Assembly: GCA_963681965.1 (NCBI GenBank)
Contig: OY820579.1
Coordinates: 2,208,001 to 2,272,000, forward strand
Direction: 5' to 3'
DNA from: a bacterium
GTDB taxonomy: Bacteria > Electryoneota > JAOADG01
DNA length: 64,000 nt
Within the stretch, counting starts at the first letter, position 1. Each line of letters starts with the position of its first letter. Below, one piece after another: positions 61,141 through 64,000 of this stretch. The translations under genes were made by a program, and so were the position numbers. The notes under the pieces were generated by a model. The model was not told where the DNA came from. It did not search any database and saw only the letters and a program-made list of their open reading frames with translations.

Positions 61141-61368
61141 GGTGGCGCAAGCTTCCGAGCCTGCGAGCATCTTCTTTTTGTAGGTCAGAACTTGTTCTGA
61201 CCACTTCCTGTGTCTGCCTTTGGTGGCGCAAGCTTCCGAGCCTGCGATTCCCTGTGTCCGATAAAAAAAAAAGGGCAACAACCCATTCTTGTATCCTGAT
61301 TTGTCGTTGCGAGGAACGTAGCGAAGGAACGTGCGCAGCACTTCCGAAGCGAAGAGACGAAGCAATCT
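61141..61368. repeat. REP-like hairpin mosaic between convergent genes
   Basis: Two ggtggcgcaagcttccgagcctgcga, one gtaggtcagaacttgttctgacc, one gtcgttgcgagg...gacgaagcaatc. Confidence 0.8.
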
Positions 61369-61482
61369 TCTTGTATCTTTTTATTTTGATTTGCTATTAC
61401 GAGCGAAGCACATCATGTATCCTGTCGTACAGCCGAATTCCGATTCGGCATTTTTTGACTTGGCGATCCACTTGGGTCCGAT

Positions 61483-61510
61483 AAAAAAAAGGGCGGTTCC
61501 ACAACCGCCC
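61483..61510 (-). terminator. Rho-independent terminator for the minus-strand gene
   Basis: Minus strand gggcggttgtggaaccgccc followed by T8, just after the DUF4301 stop. Confidence 0.7.
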
Positions 61511-61532
61511 TTGATAATGTCTCTATCCACTC

Positions 61533-63128
61533 CTAACACTTCAACCCAATTCCCTGATGTTCCGGTCGCAACAAATCGTTTACGGTCTTCACCGGTGCAA
61601 AGGTGGCAATCGGTACTTCCACGAAAAGCGTGATCCAATGCGCCATCGCGCCATTCCACAACCCCGGTAACTCCAGCGCCTTGAGCAGTTTCCCGTCCTT
61701 CGATTTCTCGGAAATGAATGCCGTCTCCGAATCGACAAATTTCGCAAGATCGAAGGGCTTGCCATGGAAATCGCGCACTGCACAGATCAAATCGACCGGA
61801 TTGAAATGCGTCGATCGATTCCAGATCGCGAGTTGTTCCGGATTCTTTTTGTCGATCTGTGACGATTCGACAATCTGTCGCGACAGCGCACCGCTGGAAG
61901 CCCGCACCCAGAACGGTCCTCCGCCCGGTTCCCCCTCGTTTTTTACCATCCCGCAAATTCGCAACGGTCGATTCAATAAGTTGAACATGAGTTGTCGCTT
62001 GTGCGCAACGGTTGTCGACTGATCGATCTCACCCACATCGAGTTGCAGGGTAGTTGTTGCGAAATCCAATGCTGCATTCAGCTCGGCTTCAGGTAGATCA
62101 GGTTGTTCAAGCGCTGTCAAATAGTGGCTGAGCGCTTCCTGAATCATTGCACAATATCCGATCAGGAATCGTTTCCACTGAAACACCAAAGCATTCGCCG
62201 GTGCCGGAACGACATTGTCGATATTCTTGATCGTCACAATATCGCCTTGCAGTGCATTCAAATTCTGCAGCAGCGCACCGTGTCCACCCGGGCGAAACAC
62301 CAATGTGCCATCGGAATTGCGAAACGGTTGATTATCAAGATCGACGGCAATCGTATCCGTCGAAGGCGATTGTATCGAATAATCGATCGAGAATTTCAGC
62401 GATGCATGTTCCAACTGCGATCGAATCTGTTCGATATGATCTTGTACTTCCTGTTGAAAATCTTCCGGTACTGTGAAATGAATTCGGAGAACATTCGACG
62501 CATTACCAGCGAGTGCTGCCGCTTCGGCAAGCTGTTCGGCAAACGGTGTACGGGTATGATCGTCGTAGCGATGAAATGGAATCAGCCCTTTCGGTAAATT
62601 CGCCAGATTCAAACCGGATTGCGACAGAATGTAACCGAGTAGCGTTTTTTCGTTGTGATTGGCGAGTAGTTGCGCAATCGTCGTATTGGTCTGATTGATC
62701 AATGCGACTAATTCAGCGTAAAACGGCAGATCTTCCAGCCGTGCGAGCAACTCTTGTACAGCTTTCACATCGGGATCATCGGACGAATCTGTCCACGCAA
62801 TCTGTTCGCCATTCTGTAACCGGTCGTACACCACATTCAGCGAATGAAACATCCGCGATGCGGCACCGGACGCCGGTACAAATTTGCTGACCCGATTTTG
62901 CCGGATCGCATCGTGATGACGTTTCAGCAATTCCTCGAAATCGGTTGGATCGAGTTTCACAATCCCATCGCCAATTGTACACGGTCGATCAAGTTGCAAC
63001 GGTTTTGTCCCGCGCTGAAATTGCGCGAGTTGTTCATGGATACGTTCCGGTGCGACACCATGCAGTTCGATTTGCCGCAGGATTTCGGAATCGAGAGAAT
63101 TGTCGGGTAGATTGTTCGATTGGGTCAT
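61533..63128 (-). CDS. DUF4301 family protein (nucleotidyltransferase-like)
   Basis: KFVPASGAASRMF, LPKGL, TDTIAVD, FRPGGHGAL, IKNIDNV, GEPGGGPFW, THFNPVDL, LPGLWNGAM, FAPVKTVNDL; start placed at MTQSNN. Confidence 0.88.
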   Translation of the reverse strand: MTQSNNLPDNSLDSEILRQIELHGVAPERIHEQLAQFQRGTKPLQLDRPCTIGDGIVKLDPTDFEELLKRHHDAIRQNRVSKFVPASGAASRMFHSLNVVYDRLQNGEQIAWTDSSDDPDVKAVQELLARLEDLPFYAELVALINQTNTTIAQLLANHNEKTLLGYILSQSGLNLANLPKGLIPFHRYDDHTRTPFAEQLAEAAALAGNASNVLRIHFTVPEDFQQEVQDHIEQIRSQLEHASLKFSIDYSIQSPSTDTIAVDLDNQPFRNSDGTLVFRPGGHGALLQNLNALQGDIVTIKNIDNVVPAPANALVFQWKRFLIGYCAMIQEALSHYLTALEQPDLPEAELNAALDFATTTLQLDVGEIDQSTTVAHKRQLMFNLLNRPLRICGMVKNEGEPGGGPFWVRASSGALSRQIVESSQIDKKNPEQLAIWNRSTHFNPVDLICAVRDFHGKPFDLAKFVDSETAFISEKSKDGKLLKALELPGLWNGAMAHWITLFVEVPIATFAPVKTVNDLLRPEHQGIGLKC

Positions 63129-63270
63129 GAATAGTTGCTCGTGTAACGATAAATAATACCGGTAATCGGCGTCGAACTTGTTCGGATGATTCATTAACAG
63201 AGGAAAATACGGAGTGGTTCCAACCATCCGCAAATCGGTACCTGAAGTGTTAAAGAAAGGATTTTGGCAG

Positions 63271-64000
63271 TTACGTCAGTTTCGGAAACGAACGCTTCCC
63301 GTAGATTTCGCCTAACTTGCGCAACTGTTCCGCTTCTTCGGTCTGAAACCCTTCGTGCCTGCGGACAATCGGTTCGCGATCCCACTTCGAACCGCGCTTC
63401 GTGAATGTCGAGATACAATCGACACAAATCGGTTTATCGAAGAAGCGCGCTCCGCCCCATGCGAACTGCTCTTGCGCAATCACATTCAGCCCGACTTTCT
63501 CACACAATCCGCGGAAAATCTGGGCATCCATTTCTGCCGATCGCCATCCCGGATTGACACTTTCCGCTTCCCAGATCTCCTTTGGTAATCCCGCTAGCCC
63601 GCGCCGGACGTATTCTGCGAGATTCGAGTGGTGGAAGAATCCGACTCCGTCCGATGTCAGCTTTTTCGAGACCTGAATCAAGTAGGAGATAATTACATCG
63701 CTCTCGCAATGTACCAGCGAATCGAAACTGATGATGAAGTCGAAAGCAGCATCCGGTACCATTTCCAGTGATTTGCCATCATTCACAAAGTATTGTATAT
63801 GCTTATCTTGGGTGAACTTTCCTTGGCAGACTTCGATACAATTCGGACTTAAATCCACCAGATACAATTCTTTACACATGTCTTTCAGGTATTGGGTGAT
63901 TCTGCCATGTCCCGGAGCGATCTCGAGAATACGCGGTACCGGCAAAAAGTTATGGAGACGGGGCAATAACGAACCATACCAGAGCATTTCCGACCCACCC
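63271..64000 (-). CDS. Class I SAM-dependent methyltransferase, probably 5'-truncated by the window edge
   Basis: ILEIAPGHGR, VDLS, NDG, FDFIISFDSLVH; frame is open to position 64000. Confidence 0.85.
   Translation of the reverse strand, partial: GGSEMLWYGSLLPRLHNFLPVPRILEIAPGHGRITQYLKDMCKELYLVDLSPNCIEVCQGKFTQDKHIQYFVNDGKSLEMVPDAAFDFIISFDSLVHCESDVIISYLIQVSKKLTSDGVGFFHHSNLAEYVRRGLAGLPKEIWEAESVNPGWRSAEMDAQIFRGLCEKVGLNVIAQEQFAWGGARFFDKPICVDCISTFTKRGSKWDREPIVRRHEGFQTEEAEQLRKLGEIYGKRSFPKLT

Noticed and set aside
42354-61368. Integron attC sites or IS ends
   Set aside because: No RYYYAAC/GTTRRRY boxes, no integrase or transposase, no evident target-site duplications, and the flanked genes are core nuo genes in canonical order

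Overview
Bacterial chromosomal window, almost entirely + strand. It most likely comes from an FCB-superphylum lineage outside the classical Bacteroidota. That is an inference from three proteins with YPNPFN-type C-terminal sorting domains, a PorV/UPF0164-like barrel and yicC-gmk-rpoZ-coaBC-udg-dnaB synteny. The first 42 kb is densely packed housekeeping DNA (frr, mutS, gmk, rpoZ, coaBC, dnaB, rel, ruvX, lnt, bamD, nadD, buk, purL, tRNA-Arg, proS, rpiB, glyA, nrdR). It also holds a translationally coupled spt/bCerS-like/CerR-like ceramide triad, a DUF1998 helicase fused to a YprB-type nuclease, and an unannotated pair of paralogous single-pass membrane proteins. 42.9-58.9 kb is a complete nuoA-N operon with a short NuoG. 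The most striking non-coding signal is that 7 of the 13 nuo junctions, both operon flanks and the gap at 61.1 kb are filled with shuffled mosaics of at least ten short hairpin families. Most are GTAG-headed and REP-like, with compensatory base changes and C-GNA-G mini-hairpins, and they include a 6 x 101-bp tandem array. The first 42 kb contains only one such element, and no transposase is visible in the window. Exported proteins are strongly enriched for D-(S/T)-(A/I/L/M/T/V) sequons. All counts and alignments were done by eye; no database searches were run.
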